The notes beneath the pieces were generated by a model. That model saw only the letters and a program-made list of their open reading frames with translations. It did no database searches and was not told the origin of the DNA. Of a stretch of 55,890 nt of DNA, positions 11,238 to 20,591 are shown piece by piece. Both the position numbers and the translations under genes were made by a program. Source of the DNA: Candidatus Saccharimonadota bacterium. Its GTDB lineage: Bacteria > Patescibacteriota > Saccharimonadia > Saccharimonadales > Saccharimonadaceae. Every line of letters begins with the position of its first letter. Position 1 is the stretch's first letter. The stretch covers positions 1-55,890 of the forward strand of contig JAFWIY010000021.1 of the NCBI GenBank assembly GCA_017514675.1, given 5' to 3'.

Positions 11238-11290
11238 ACAATTTATCGACACAAATTTGATAGAAATAATCCAAGACGGGGATATTATAA

Positions 11291-12094
11291 ATGTTTAGAT
11301 TTTCAATAATAATTCCAAACTATAATGAAGAAAAATATATTAGCAGGTGTCTAGAAAGCATATTCAACCAAACTATTAATAAGAAAAAGTATGAAGTTAT
11401 AGTAATTGATGATGGAAGTACAGATAATAGCACAGAAATTATAAAAAAATATAATGTTAAATTATTATATTCAAACAGGTTAGGAACTGGAGGAGCAAGA
11501 AATAAAGGCTTAGAAATTGCAAAAGGAGAATACATTATTCTATTGGACGGTGATGATTATCTATATAAGAATGATGTTTTAGAAAGGCTGGATAAAGAAT
11601 TAAACAATGAAGATATTGTATTTGTAAAATACAAACAAGTTTTAGGAAACCAGGAACAGCTGATAGAAGAAAACAAAGATTATACTTTAGGAGAACAAAT
11701 TTATAAATCTTGTTATTTTTGTTGTACCTTAAAGTGTTTTAAGAAACAATTGACCGAAGGTGTACGATACAGAGATAGGAGCTATCATGAAGATATTGCA
11801 TTTACACTAGAACTAATGTGTAAAGCAAATAGCTTCTTGTATTTTGATGATATTATGTATATATATTATAAAGAAGAAAACACATCAACTGTTGATAACT
11901 ATAATGTGAGAAAAGCACTAGATTTTACAATTCAGACATTAGAATATTTATATCTTGCAGATAAATATAAAGATAAAAAAGAATTTATTATTAAAAGAAT
12001 AGAACAATCAAAATATGAATCAAAAGTTTCAAAGTTAATAGATTGGGTAAAAAATGATAGATCATACACTTATAAAGAATTTTTAGATAAATAA
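11291..12094 (+). CDS. glycosyltransferase family 2, markedly AT-rich
   Basis: FSIIIPNYN, IDDGSTD, ARNKG, LDGDD, HED. Confidence 0.9.
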   Translation: MFRFSIIIPNYNEEKYISRCLESIFNQTINKKKYEVIVIDDGSTDNSTEIIKKYNVKLLYSNRLGTGGARNKGLEIAKGEYIILLDGDDYLYKNDVLERLDKELNNEDIVFVKYKQVLGNQEQLIEENKDYTLGEQIYKSCYFCCTLKCFKKQLTEGVRYRDRSYHEDIAFTLELMCKANSFLYFDDIMYIYYKEENTSTVDNYNVRKALDFTIQTLEYLYLADKYKDKKEFIIKRIEQSKYESKVSKLIDWVKNDRSYTYKEFLDK

Positions 12095-12181
12095 GCTACT
12101 ATTATTAATTCAATGCTTTTAAAAGAATTATTATGTGTCGAAAAATGTATTACACGGAAGAAGACCGCTACCGAAAACAAA

Positions 12182-13342
12182 TTAAATAATTTTACCTAGT
12201 ACTTGTTTTATCTTTTCAATATCTTTGTTCGTATTTGCAAGGCTTAGCGAAAATCGCACCAGCGGCGGCAAACCTAGCACGTGGTCTAGATAGTAATGCG
12301 CGCAAAAATACCCAGTTCGCGCCATAATCCCCTCGCGCGATAAAGCTGCGCCTAGCAGATGCGAATCCACCCCCTCCACATAAAACGACATAGTGGGATT
12401 GGGCTCGTTATTTACTAGATGTACTTTGTCAGAACTTTTTAAGAATTCGTACAAATCTTTGCTATTTTGTTCTAGCGCTCGCCACTCAGTTTTCGGGCGA
12501 GCATTTAGCCAGTCAATCGCGGCACACAGTCCAATAATTTCGCCCCAAGCCTGCAACCCAGACTCAAATCTCGTAAACCGATGTTCTTTGTTCTCTGCTG
12601 ATAGCTGGTAGCTGTCGGCTAGAACATCGTCCACCATGCCGCCACCAATAAAGCCGTCATCTAGTACACGCATTAAATCATCGCGCCAAACTATCACGCC
12701 AAGACTCGGCGCATACATCTTGTGCGCCGAAAAGCAAATCACATCCGCTTCTATCCCACGCACAATCTCGCTAGAGTGCGCCATCGCCTGCGCCGCATCA
12801 ATAATAATAACCCCGCCGGCTTTATGCACTGCTTTTACGATTTCCTTAATGTTGCTGAGTTTTCGCCCGTCAAAGTTTGCTGCGCAGTTTATTACCACTA
12901 CCGCATCGGCAAAATCATAGGCGCGTATATCAACCGAACCATCTTCGTTTCTTTTTATCACCTCGCGCGGGATATCTAGGCGCCTAGCCAGTGCCATGGT
13001 CGCCAGAAACGGCGAGTTATGCTCAATCTCGCTAGTCATTACCTTCTTGAACACACCAGCTTTTAGTTGGTCCAAAATCAAATTAATCCCGTAGGTGGTA
13101 TTTAAGGTAAACGAAACTGTGTATTTCCGCGCCGGTAGTTTTAAAAACTTTAAAACCTTTTCCCGCGTCGCCTCTACTTTCTCATCGGTAATTTTTCCCC
13201 ACTCATATTTCACCCGCTCACCACAAGAGTTATGCTTGGTGTAATAATTATTTAGCGCCTCAATCACCGGCCGCGGCCGTAAGCTCTGGCACGCGCTATC
13301 AAGATAAACCTCCCCCTTTTTCAAATAATCAAAATCATCCAT
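12182..13342 (-). CDS. class V PLP aminotransferase / SufS-like cysteine desulfurase
   Basis: YLDSA, IDAAQ, SAHKMY (PLP Lys), RTGYFCA; start moved to MDDFDY just behind TATAAT. Confidence 0.85.
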   Translation of the reverse strand: MDDFDYLKKGEVYLDSACQSLRPRPVIEALNNYYTKHNSCGERVKYEWGKITDEKVEATREKVLKFLKLPARKYTVSFTLNTTYGINLILDQLKAGVFKKVMTSEIEHNSPFLATMALARRLDIPREVIKRNEDGSVDIRAYDFADAVVVINCAANFDGRKLSNIKEIVKAVHKAGGVIIIDAAQAMAHSSEIVRGIEADVICFSAHKMYAPSLGVIVWRDDLMRVLDDGFIGGGMVDDVLADSYQLSAENKEHRFTRFESGLQAWGEIIGLCAAIDWLNARPKTEWRALEQNSKDLYEFLKSSDKVHLVNNEPNPTMSFYVEGVDSHLLGAALSREGIMARTGYFCAHYYLDHVLGLPPLVRFSLSLANTNKDIEKIKQVLGKII

Positions 13343-13415
13343 ATCTCTATTATACACGCTATTTAGTCGAAAACGGCACAAAAGGAGTACTAAATAATAT
13401 TTCTTCCATTCCCTC

Positions 13416-13443
13416 TTGTGCTTTTCTTAACATATGCTATACT
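13416..13443 (+). promoter_or_regulatory. sigma70 promoter for antisense RNA A
   Basis: TTGTGC-16nt-TATACT with extended -10 TG; same layout at 31883-31910. Confidence 0.7.
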
Positions 13444-13448
13444 AAAAT

Positions 13449-13524
13449 CATAAAGGCGACAGAACCTAGAATGTCGCCGTAGTTGGTGTAGTTACTGTTG
13501 CTCTACGACAACAGTAACTTTTTT
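13449..13524 (+). ncRNA. candidate ~75 nt antisense RNA A (two hairpins, intrinsic terminator)
   Basis: AATCATAAAG start, stem GGCGACA/TGTCGCC with CCTAG in the loop, 11 bp stem AGTTACTGTTG/CAACAGTAACT plus T-run; overlaps the 3' end of peptide ORF A. Confidence 0.65.
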
Positions 13525-13569
13525 AGTTTTTGGTTTCCTATGTAATCTAAAATAGAACTCTATTTCCAT
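13492..13569 (-). CDS. 25 aa basic peptide A, MEIEFYFRLHRKPKTKKVTVVVEQQ (candidate type I toxin)
   Basis: SD AAAGGAGGT just upstream of the ATG; homologous to peptide C at 55683-55781. Confidence 0.65.
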   Translation of the reverse strand: MEIEFYFRLHRKPKTKKVTVVVEQQ

Positions 13570-13886
13570 AGTAACCTCCTTTCCAGTGTTTGTTTTTACT
13601 TTCCGGGAGGACAAACCAAGGTTATCTAGGTTCACCATGAATAAATCCCCCCTTCCAGGGGCAAACCGTGCGGACCGATTTGCCCTCTGCGGAGGGAATT
13701 TATTTTGCTCACAAACTAAAATTTTCGCCAACCTACCCCTTATCTAGCACACTCCAAAAAGAATTACAACCCCCCTATAACCAAAATTAGCCCCCACCTA
13801 TTCCGCTCCGCTTAAAATCAAACCGCCTAGGGTTATTTCACCAAAAACCGTACTGGAGAGATAGGTTTTTGAACACATATATGGAG

Positions 13887-15086
13887 TTAAAGGCCATTTT
13901 CAAATTTATTTATTCGTTTGATAAACACCCCGCCAATCGGAATACAGGTAGTCAGTGCTATCAACATAATAGTCAAACCAGTTTGGCCGCTTATGGTGCC
14001 GGCCAATAATACTCCCGAGTAGCCTATTATTCTACCAATATTTAAGAACAATTCATTAAACGACCAAAACTCTCCATATAATGCTTTGAGATTTGGCTGG
14101 TTAGAGATATTGTAGGAGCGAATATCGAGAGAAAGACATAATAAAGATACTGCAATATGGTAGAATATATAAAAGAAAATTAACAATATGTTAACCTTAA
14201 ACCAAATGAATATAAACAACGACACGATAACACATAAGCATGATAGAAATATAGCAACTTTGTCACTTCTATTTTGGTAATATCTGCCATATAAATCCAC
14301 GACAACTATGGAAATTAGCGCAGTGATGGAGGTAATCATTCCTAGATTAAAATCCGTTTTGTAGTATTCTATAATTAGTAATACAATAAGCATTTTTAGC
14401 GCGCTACCGCTAATCGACAAACCAGACAGAAACTTAGAAAACATTAGCATCCTAACCTGTTTATTCTTGCGTACGATATTGAACATTTTTTTGTAGTTTA
14501 AATTCCCTACGGCGGCATTTGGTATTGGCTTGAACAGAAACGAAAGAATAATCTGAAAAATTGAAACGACAAAAACTACAACAGTGGCAACCATAAAGTT
14601 AGATGCCGATATTAGGGAACCCAACAAGAATGGCACAACAATATTTGTCACCTGGGTAGCTACTGTACATAATGAGGTGAATCTAGTTCGATGATTATTG
14701 TCGACTTTGGAGCTAACAATGGAATTCATAGGCATCCAATAAGCGCTGGCCGAAAAACCCAACAAGAAAGCAACTAATGGCAAATTAGTAACAATATTTT
14801 CCCCAAGAATAAGAATCGAAAAGAAATAAATCGCATTAATAATAATACTTAGTCTCATGGTCTGTATCTTGAAGTTCTTTTTTATGATATACCCAAAAAT
14901 AAAACTTCCAACAGCCAACATTAAGTAAACCAGTATATTATATAAAGATAAATATCTTAAGTTTTCTGATGAGACTTTAACAAAATATGCAGTTAGAAAC
15001 GACCCAGAAAATATGTCAAATATTCCTCTCAAAGGCCCGAACGCTAGAATAATCTTTTCATCACGAGTCAACCGTATTTTACTCAT
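13887..15086 (-). CDS. MFS transporter, AT-rich
   Basis: about 12 hydrophobic segments in a two-repeat MFS layout; start MSKIR chosen behind TATAAT. Confidence 0.75.
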   Translation of the reverse strand: MSKIRLTRDEKIILAFGPLRGIFDIFSGSFLTAYFVKVSSENLRYLSLYNILVYLMLAVGSFIFGYIIKKNFKIQTMRLSIIINAIYFFSILILGENIVTNLPLVAFLLGFSASAYWMPMNSIVSSKVDNNHRTRFTSLCTVATQVTNIVVPFLLGSLISASNFMVATVVVFVVSIFQIILSFLFKPIPNAAVGNLNYKKMFNIVRKNKQVRMLMFSKFLSGLSISGSALKMLIVLLIIEYYKTDFNLGMITSITALISIVVVDLYGRYYQNRSDKVAIFLSCLCVIVSLFIFIWFKVNILLIFFYIFYHIAVSLLCLSLDIRSYNISNQPNLKALYGEFWSFNELFLNIGRIIGYSGVLLAGTISGQTGLTIMLIALTTCIPIGGVFIKRINKFENGL

Positions 15087-15161
15087 GACCATATTATACA
15101 ACAAAATAGAACCTACATTGTAGGTTCTATTTTTGAAGTTCAATTAGCTAACTTTAATTAT

Positions 15162-15545
15162 TTACGCGAGCTCTACGGTTGCGCCGGCTTCTTCAAGAGC
15201 CTTCTTCATCGCTTCGGCATCATCCTTAGCGACCTTTTCCTTAACGGTAGCAGGAGCACCATCTACGATAGCCTTAGCTTCGCCAAGACCTAGTCCGGTA
15301 GCTTCCTTTACAGCCTTGATCACTGCAATCTTTTGTGCGCCAGCATCTTTGAGAACAACATCGTATTCAGATTTGCCTTCATCAGCAGCGGCACCCGCAT
15401 CAGCGGCAGGACCAGCAGCCACAGCCACAGCGGCAGCAGCTGGCTCAATGCCATATTCGTCCTTGAGGACAGTTTTTAGTTCGTTTACTTCTAGAACGGT
15501 AAGCTTTACCAATTCTTCAGCTAGTTTTTTGATATCAGTAGCCAT
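15162..15545 (-). CDS. rplL: 50S ribosomal protein L7/L12
   Basis: LTVLEVNEL, Ala-rich hinge, [17 protein letters not shown]; start MATDIK behind SD. Confidence 0.97.
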   Translation of the reverse strand: MATDIKKLAEELVKLTVLEVNELKTVLKDEYGIEPAAAAVAVAAGPAADAGAAADEGKSEYDVVLKDAGAQKIAVIKAVKEATGLGLGEAKAIVDGAPATVKEKVAKDDAEAMKKALEEAGATVELA

Positions 15546-15575
15546 TTTAATTCCTTTCATTTAATATTAGGGTTG

Positions 15576-16097
15576 CTAATTTGCATGGGCTTCTAGGCCA
15601 GACACGATACCGGAAAGTCCGCCCGAAAGAGCAGAAATGGTATCGGTAGCCGGCGAGAGAAGTTGTGCCACCACCTGAGCGATAAGCTCGTTCTTGCTTG
15701 GCATCGCGGCCAAAGCCTTGACATCGCTTTCAGTCAGAGCAGCGCCAAGATCAGAAAACCCACCAAGTAGGTTTAAAGCATCGTGGTCTTTAGCAAAATT
15801 TGCCAAAACCTTAGCTGGTGCGACTTCGTCTTCGGAAGACGTAGCGTAAAGTAGCTGGCCGGTAAGACCAGTGGTATCGGTGTCTTTGTAGACAGCGATG
15901 TTGTTCATCGCGACCTTTACCAAGCGGTTCTTCACGACCTTGATTTTTACGCCAGCTTCGCGCGCGGCTTTTCTAAGCTCTTGGAGCTCAGCCACAGTCA
16001 GGCCTTGATATTTGGCATAAACCGTGGTCTTTGCGCTAGAAAGTAGCTCGGTAAAATCAGCAACCAATTCGTTCTTTTTTTGCTTGTTAATTGCCAT
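15576..16097 (-). CDS. rplJ: 50S ribosomal protein L10
   Basis: YQGLTVAELQELR, VVKNRL, LAAMPSK; upstream of rplL. Confidence 0.96.
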   Translation of the reverse strand: MAINKQKKNELVADFTELLSSAKTTVYAKYQGLTVAELQELRKAAREAGVKIKVVKNRLVKVAMNNIAVYKDTDTTGLTGQLLYATSSEDEVAPAKVLANFAKDHDALNLLGGFSDLGAALTESDVKALAAMPSKNELIAQVVAQLLSPATDTISALSGGLSGIVSGLEAHAN

Positions 16098-16174
16098 AAA
16101 AAGTCCTTTGGTTTAATTTGATATTTAGTTAGCTAATTGTTAAATAGCGTCACCAAATAAAATTGTAAGAATTT

Positions 16175-16212
16175 CCTCGGTGGCATTATTAAGATTTCTC
16201 CGCCACTGTCTT
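16175..16212 (-). promoter_or_regulatory. L10 leader (ribosomal protein autoregulatory RNA) core
   Basis: AAGACAGTGG...TTAATAAT-GCCACCGAGG in the rplJ 5' UTR matches the L10-leader pattern. Confidence 0.75.
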
Positions 16213-16285
16213 TGGTAACTAACATCTATTATATCAAAAAAATAAAAAAAGTAAATAGGGCCCTCTTTCGAGGGCCCTTAAAGGG

Positions 16286-17095
16286 CTATTCGCGCAGCCT
16301 GAGCCTGACGATTAAATCGCCAAGACCTGCGATGGCTTTGTCTAATTTATCACCATCATCGTGCTCGATCTTGGCCACTTTTCCGGCGAGCTTTTGCTCG
16401 TAATAGTACGAGGCTTCCGGCTCATCCGGACTCGGCTTGACGTCACTAGAGTAGGGGGCGCCACCACCTATCTTGGCAAACTCCACTGCAAAAGGACTAT
16501 CCATACATGGATACATCCTCTCTTCTTCAGGGTCGAGTTCTTCGTCATCACCAAGATATATCGCATCAAAGGCGACGTCACCAAGATTTTTGATGATTAC
16601 TTCGCCGTCTGGCGATATCCCGACCTCTGGCACGAAGTCTCTTAGCTCCACCGCGTCGCCACGCTCAAAAATGTCTCTTACATTGTCGACCATTTTATTA
16701 CGGAGCCGGTAGTGGTTGTCGAGGTGATCGTAACACCTTGCGATTTTTTTCGCAATTCGGTTTAAGACCAACTCTCGTACCAGAATCGAAAGTACCAACA
16801 CTCCGCAGAATGCAATTAGTGCGGCCCCGATTTTGGTAGCGGCCGAATGCCCCCTTAGGAGCATTAGTGTTGCCAATACGGCGGCGAACGCAACCGTCCC
16901 TACCACGATAGCAAATATCGGTAAATTATTTGCCGATTGGTAGGTGTCGGTGGACTCGGCGAGCTCTTTAAAGCACCCGACGATGTCCTTTGCGGCGCGG
17001 GATTCATCCATGCCGCGAAGAGCCATGAGCTCACTGTAATCAGTGTGCTCATTCCTGAATCTAGCTACTCTGTTTTCAGCGTTTTCAAATGCCAT
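16286..17095 (-). CDS. orphan two-TM membrane protein
   Basis: own promoter (TTGAC..TGcTATAAT), SD AAAAGGAGG, terminator GGGCCCTC/GAGGGCCC at 16258-16277; no family recognised. Confidence 0.7.
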   Translation of the reverse strand: MAFENAENRVARFRNEHTDYSELMALRGMDESRAAKDIVGCFKELAESTDTYQSANNLPIFAIVVGTVAFAAVLATLMLLRGHSAATKIGAALIAFCGVLVLSILVRELVLNRIAKKIARCYDHLDNHYRLRNKMVDNVRDIFERGDAVELRDFVPEVGISPDGEVIIKNLGDVAFDAIYLGDDEELDPEEERMYPCMDSPFAVEFAKIGGGAPYSSDVKPSPDEPEASYYYEQKLAGKVAKIEHDDGDKLDKAIAGLGDLIVRLRLRE

Positions 17096-17173
17096 TTTTC
17101 TCTTCCTCCTTTTAATGTACAAAAAATAGCCCTATACTCTTATTATAGCACGAAACGTCAAAAAAGTCAATGC

Positions 17174-17758
17174 TTACGACACGCGTTTAGTAGTGGCGAA
17201 TTGAAATAGCGCGCCCACTAGCGCCAGGCCGCCAATCATTGGGAAATAAAAGATTTCTTTGTTGATATCTGGGAAAATCTGTAAAAGCGCCAAAGTAATG
17301 GCATATCCGCCGGCCACCGCAGTTGCGATAATTACCGCTGGCTTAATCATTGCCGTAGCCGCCGCAGCCGCAATTACCCCTACAATCGCACCTACTGCCA
17401 AAGTCTGAACATCGGTGCCAAAATATTGCACTGTCACTAGCATTACCAAGAAGAAGCAAATTCCGGCGATACAGACTTTTTCGATCGAAAACCCTAGTAG
17501 AGCTAGCAGCAACCCGCCACAAATCGGTAGTAGAATCTGCCAAAACTGCCCTTCGGCTACCTGTGGCAGAGCGTTATTTATTACTGGCATTAGCAAAATC
17601 ATCAAGTTATACCCGATCAGAAACCACAGAATAAAAAACGCCGCCTTCTTAATCCTGTAACCAAACAAAAGAACCGCGAGGCCAACCCCCGCCATCACCA
17701 ACGACTCATAAATCCCCATCCCCCTAACTTTGTCTGTGATCTCTCTTAATTTATCCAT
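17174..17758 (-). CDS. multi-TM membrane protein, DUF4203/TM7S3-like
   Basis: LLFGYRI, IIATAVAGG, GALFQ; about 7 TM helices. Confidence 0.6.
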   Translation of the reverse strand: MDKLREITDKVRGMGIYESLVMAGVGLAVLLFGYRIKKAAFFILWFLIGYNLMILLMPVINNALPQVAEGQFWQILLPICGGLLLALLGFSIEKVCIAGICFFLVMLVTVQYFGTDVQTLAVGAIVGVIAAAAATAMIKPAVIIATAVAGGYAITLALLQIFPDINKEIFYFPMIGGLALVGALFQFATTKRVS

Positions 17759-17777
17759 AAGGACATTATAACATAAA

Positions 17778-17873
17778 AATCCGGGTGACTAAACCTATTT
17801 TTCGAAGGGCCTAAGACTTGGGCGAGCGCCCCGGAGCGGCCCGAGAAAAATAGGTTTAGGCAGGACCCGGATT
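17778..17873. repeat. ~95 bp palindromic element downstream of rplA
   Basis: arms AATCCGGGT..CTAAACCTATTTTTC / GAAAAATAGGTTTAG..ACCCGGATT; core homologous to 47474-47555. Confidence 0.75.
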
Positions 17874-17874
17874 A

Positions 17875-18819
17875 TTAGTTATAAAGATTTTCTAGTTGAA
17901 TCGACGGCCCCATAGTAGTCGTAATATAAACCGACTTCACATAAGTGCCCTTGATTGAGCTTGGCTTTTGTGATTTTAGGCTCTCAAAGAAAGTTTCGGC
18001 GTTGGCGAGCAATTTCTCGGCACCAAACGAAACTTTACCAACCCCAATATGCACGATGGATTGCTTATCTACGCGGTATTCTACCTTACCGGCCTTGGAT
18101 TCTTTCACGGCCTTCTCTACATCGGTAGTTACAGTGCCAGCCTTTGGATTTGGCATCAGACCCTTTGGTCCTAGCACGCGAGCATATTTACCAAGTTTTG
18201 GCATATACTGCGGAGTAGAAATCAAGATATCAAAGTTAATTTCACCCTTATCCAAAGCTTTCAAGAATTCCTCATCCTCGGCGATATCGGCACCAGCGGC
18301 TTTGGCGGCTTTGCAAATATCAGCCGGCGCAAACACAGCCACGCGCACGGTCTTACCGTTGCCGTTTGGCAAAACGATGGTAGTGCGGATGTTCTGATCG
18401 GCTTGGCGTGGATCTACGCCAAGGCGGGCATGAATTTCTACGCTGGCATCAAATTTCACCGGGCTAGTCTTGATAGCTAACTCAAGAGCTTCTTTGAGGC
18501 CATAAGCCTTACCCTTTTCAATCAACTTCGCGGCTTCTTGATACTTTTTGCCACGACGTTCGATTAGCGGGCGCACAATCGGCTTAGCGCCTTTTGGCTT
18601 TTCTGCCGCTTCTTCGCTTTTGCGCTCGAGTTTGCGGGCTTGGCGCTCTTCCTCGGCCTTCACCTCTTCAATATGTTTTTTAGATTTTTTACCAGATTTA
18701 GCAAAAGTCTCCGGCTCGGCGGTTTCTTTTACTTCTTCTTTAACCTCGGCGACTGCCTCGGTCACAGCTTCGGTTTCCACAACTTCGGCTGCTTCAAGTT
18801 CGGCTTGTTTTTTAGCCAT
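17875..18819 (-). CDS. rplA: 50S ribosomal protein L1 with ~85 aa Glu/Lys-rich N-terminal extension
   Basis: KFDASVE, LGPKGLMPNPKAGTVT, TTMGP. Confidence 0.97.
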   Translation of the reverse strand: MAKKQAELEAAEVVETEAVTEAVAEVKEEVKETAEPETFAKSGKKSKKHIEEVKAEEERQARKLERKSEEAAEKPKGAKPIVRPLIERRGKKYQEAAKLIEKGKAYGLKEALELAIKTSPVKFDASVEIHARLGVDPRQADQNIRTTIVLPNGNGKTVRVAVFAPADICKAAKAAGADIAEDEEFLKALDKGEINFDILISTPQYMPKLGKYARVLGPKGLMPNPKAGTVTTDVEKAVKESKAGKVEYRVDKQSIVHIGVGKVSFGAEKLLANAETFFESLKSQKPSSIKGTYVKSVYITTTMGPSIQLENLYN

Positions 18820-18830
18820 AAATTCCTTTC

Positions 18831-18865
18831 TGTGGTATTAACGAACCCCTTCAGGCTCTCCCAAC
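18831..18865 (-). promoter_or_regulatory. L1-binding leader directly upstream of rplA
   Basis: GGGAG-AGCC-TGAAG-GGGTT-CGTTAATACCAC resembles the L1 operator (GGGAG..stem..ACC) and adjoins the SD. Confidence 0.55.
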
Positions 18866-18942
18866 CTTAAATTATTTTTTATATTATATCAAATTAACTA
18901 GTTTTTGGCAAGAAAAAGGGGGCTCGTAAGCCCCCAAGGTGG

Positions 18943-19422
18943 TTACTCGAGCACTCTTCGTGCCGGAACGGCAGCGACTCGAGAAATATTCAGGAATGCG
19001 GGGCAGCTGGCTAGGTGATAACTCATTCTGGGCCTTTCTCCAGACTTTTTGCACGCTTCAGCGGCTGATATTTGTCTCTTCCATCTCTCGATACAGATTT
19101 TAGCCGCGCGATAGGTCGAGTTGAGCTCAACGTAATTTTTTATGTCGCGTATCGCGCTGGCGACCTTGTCATCGCTAAGTACTATCACGTACCACAGGGC
19201 TTTTTCCTCGTTCTCGATTTTGAGAACGCTAATCTCAGGATAATCTGCTATCGCGGCTTTCGTGAGACCATCTTGCGGGATGTTATTGTGAATCCATTTT
19301 TGACTCTTTAATTCTTTCCATCTCGACAATAGCGCATGGTAGGTCGGTATCAATGTTCGATACTCTTCTCCATACTTCTGCCACAACTCCAGTAGTTCCG
19401 CTTTTTTCCCTTCAAGTTCCAT
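18943..19422 (-). CDS. orphan helical protein between rplK and rplA
   Basis: promoter TTGACA..TATAAT, SD GGGAGG before MELEGKK, terminator GGGGGCT/AGCCCCC around 18912-18935. Confidence 0.65.
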   Translation of the reverse strand: MELEGKKAELLELWQKYGEEYRTLIPTYHALLSRWKELKSQKWIHNNIPQDGLTKAAIADYPEISVLKIENEEKALWYVIVLSDDKVASAIRDIKNYVELNSTYRAAKICIERWKRQISAAEACKKSGERPRMSYHLASCPAFLNISRVAAVPARRVLE

Positions 19423-19530
19423 TTTCTCTTCCTCCCTTTTATTTTTTATAGCGCGAAATGGAAAAACGCTATATCCTTCCATTATATCACACTTAAGCTA
19501 ATCTGTCAAGCCAGGGGTGACAGCATCAAC

Positions 19531-19558
19531 AAAAAGACCTCCCAGAAGGAGGTCTTTT
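19531..19558 (-). terminator. intrinsic terminator after rplK
   Basis: AAAAGACCTCC-CAGAA-GGAGGTCTTTT. Confidence 0.8.
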
Positions 19559-19572
19559 GCGATAAATATCAA

Positions 19573-20001
19573 TTAGTCTGCAACTTCTACGCCCATCGAA
19601 CGAGCGGTACCGGCCACAATTTTGACTGCGCCATCTAGATCCACTGCGTTTAGTTGCTCCATCTTCTTGTTGGCGATTTCCTCGAGCTGTGCGCGGGTAA
19701 TCTTGCCAACCTTATCTACGTTTGGCTTACCCGAACCTTTCTCAATCTTAATTGCTTCGCGAATCAAATCGTCTACAGGCTGCCCTAGTGATTTCCAATC
19801 GAAAGTCCGATCTTCAAACACGCGAATGTGCACAATCACATTCTTACCCATCAAATCTTTGGTGGCTTCATTAAATGGATTGATAAAATCCATCATATTT
19901 AGACCCCACTGACCAAGCGTAGAACCTACCGGAGGGCCAGCGGTCGCACGCCCTGCCGGGATGCGAAGTTTCAAATTTCCAATTACTTTCTTTTCTGCCA
20001 T
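19573..20001 (-). CDS. rplK: 50S ribosomal protein L11
   Basis: AGRATAGPPVGSTLG, GTARSMG. Confidence 0.97.
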   Translation of the reverse strand: MAEKKVIGNLKLRIPAGRATAGPPVGSTLGQWGLNMMDFINPFNEATKDLMGKNVIVHIRVFEDRTFDWKSLGQPVDDLIREAIKIEKGSGKPNVDKVGKITRAQLEEIANKKMEQLNAVDLDGAVKIVAGTARSMGVEVAD

Positions 20002-20044
20002 TTTAAATAATTTTACCTTTCTGGTGCGTAACTATATTATTATA

Positions 20045-20590
20045 TCACAATTGTTTTACTTGTAAAGCATCAAGTTCCACGGGGGTTTCGCGCCCAAACA
20101 TACTTACCATCACTTTGAGCTTACCCTTCGCGGCATCAATCTCAGAAATTGAACCATCAAAGCCCTTGAATGGACCATCGGTAATAGACACCACTTCGCC
20201 CACTTCGTATTTCACCGAGAACTTCGGGTCTTCCACGCCCATACGCTTTTTAATCTTAGTAATTTCTTTTTCAGAAACTGGAGTAGGTTGGGTACCGGTG
20301 CCGATAAAACCAGTCACACCCGGGGTGTTGCGGATAATATACCAAGTTTCATCCGAAAGCTTCATATCCACTAGCACATAACCTTGCAAAATCTTGCGAT
20401 CTACAATTTTGCGCTTGCCATTTTTGATTTCAATTTGCTTTTCTTTTGGCACAATCGCCTCAAAAATCTTGTCCGCCATCTCCACGGTGCCGGTGCGCTG
20501 GTTGATACTATCTGCTACCTTGTCCTCATAGCCAGAGTAGGTAGAAATTGCGTACCACGCCCGCGTATCATCATATCTGTTTACTGCCAT
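20045..20590 (-). CDS. nusG: transcription factor NusG
   Basis: WYAISTYSGYE, RNTPGVTGF, KOW motif GPFKGFDG, MFGRETPVEL. Confidence 0.97.
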   Translation of the reverse strand: MAVNRYDDTRAWYAISTYSGYEDKVADSINQRTGTVEMADKIFEAIVPKEKQIEIKNGKRKIVDRKILQGYVLVDMKLSDETWYIIRNTPGVTGFIGTGTQPTPVSEKEITKIKKRMGVEDPKFSVKYEVGEVVSITDGPFKGFDGSISEIDAAKGKLKVMVSMFGRETPVELDALQVKQL

Positions 20591-20591
20591 T

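Noticed and set aside
13492-13731. 79 aa ORF from the track
   Set aside because: Only the last 25 codons have an SD and a homologue; the rest is structured leader
13762-13790. AATTACAACCCCC motif (also near 32193, inverted near 32314, variant near 49012) as a mobile-element end
   Set aside because: In each case it reads as the TTGTAA-type -35 box of a correctly spaced promoter
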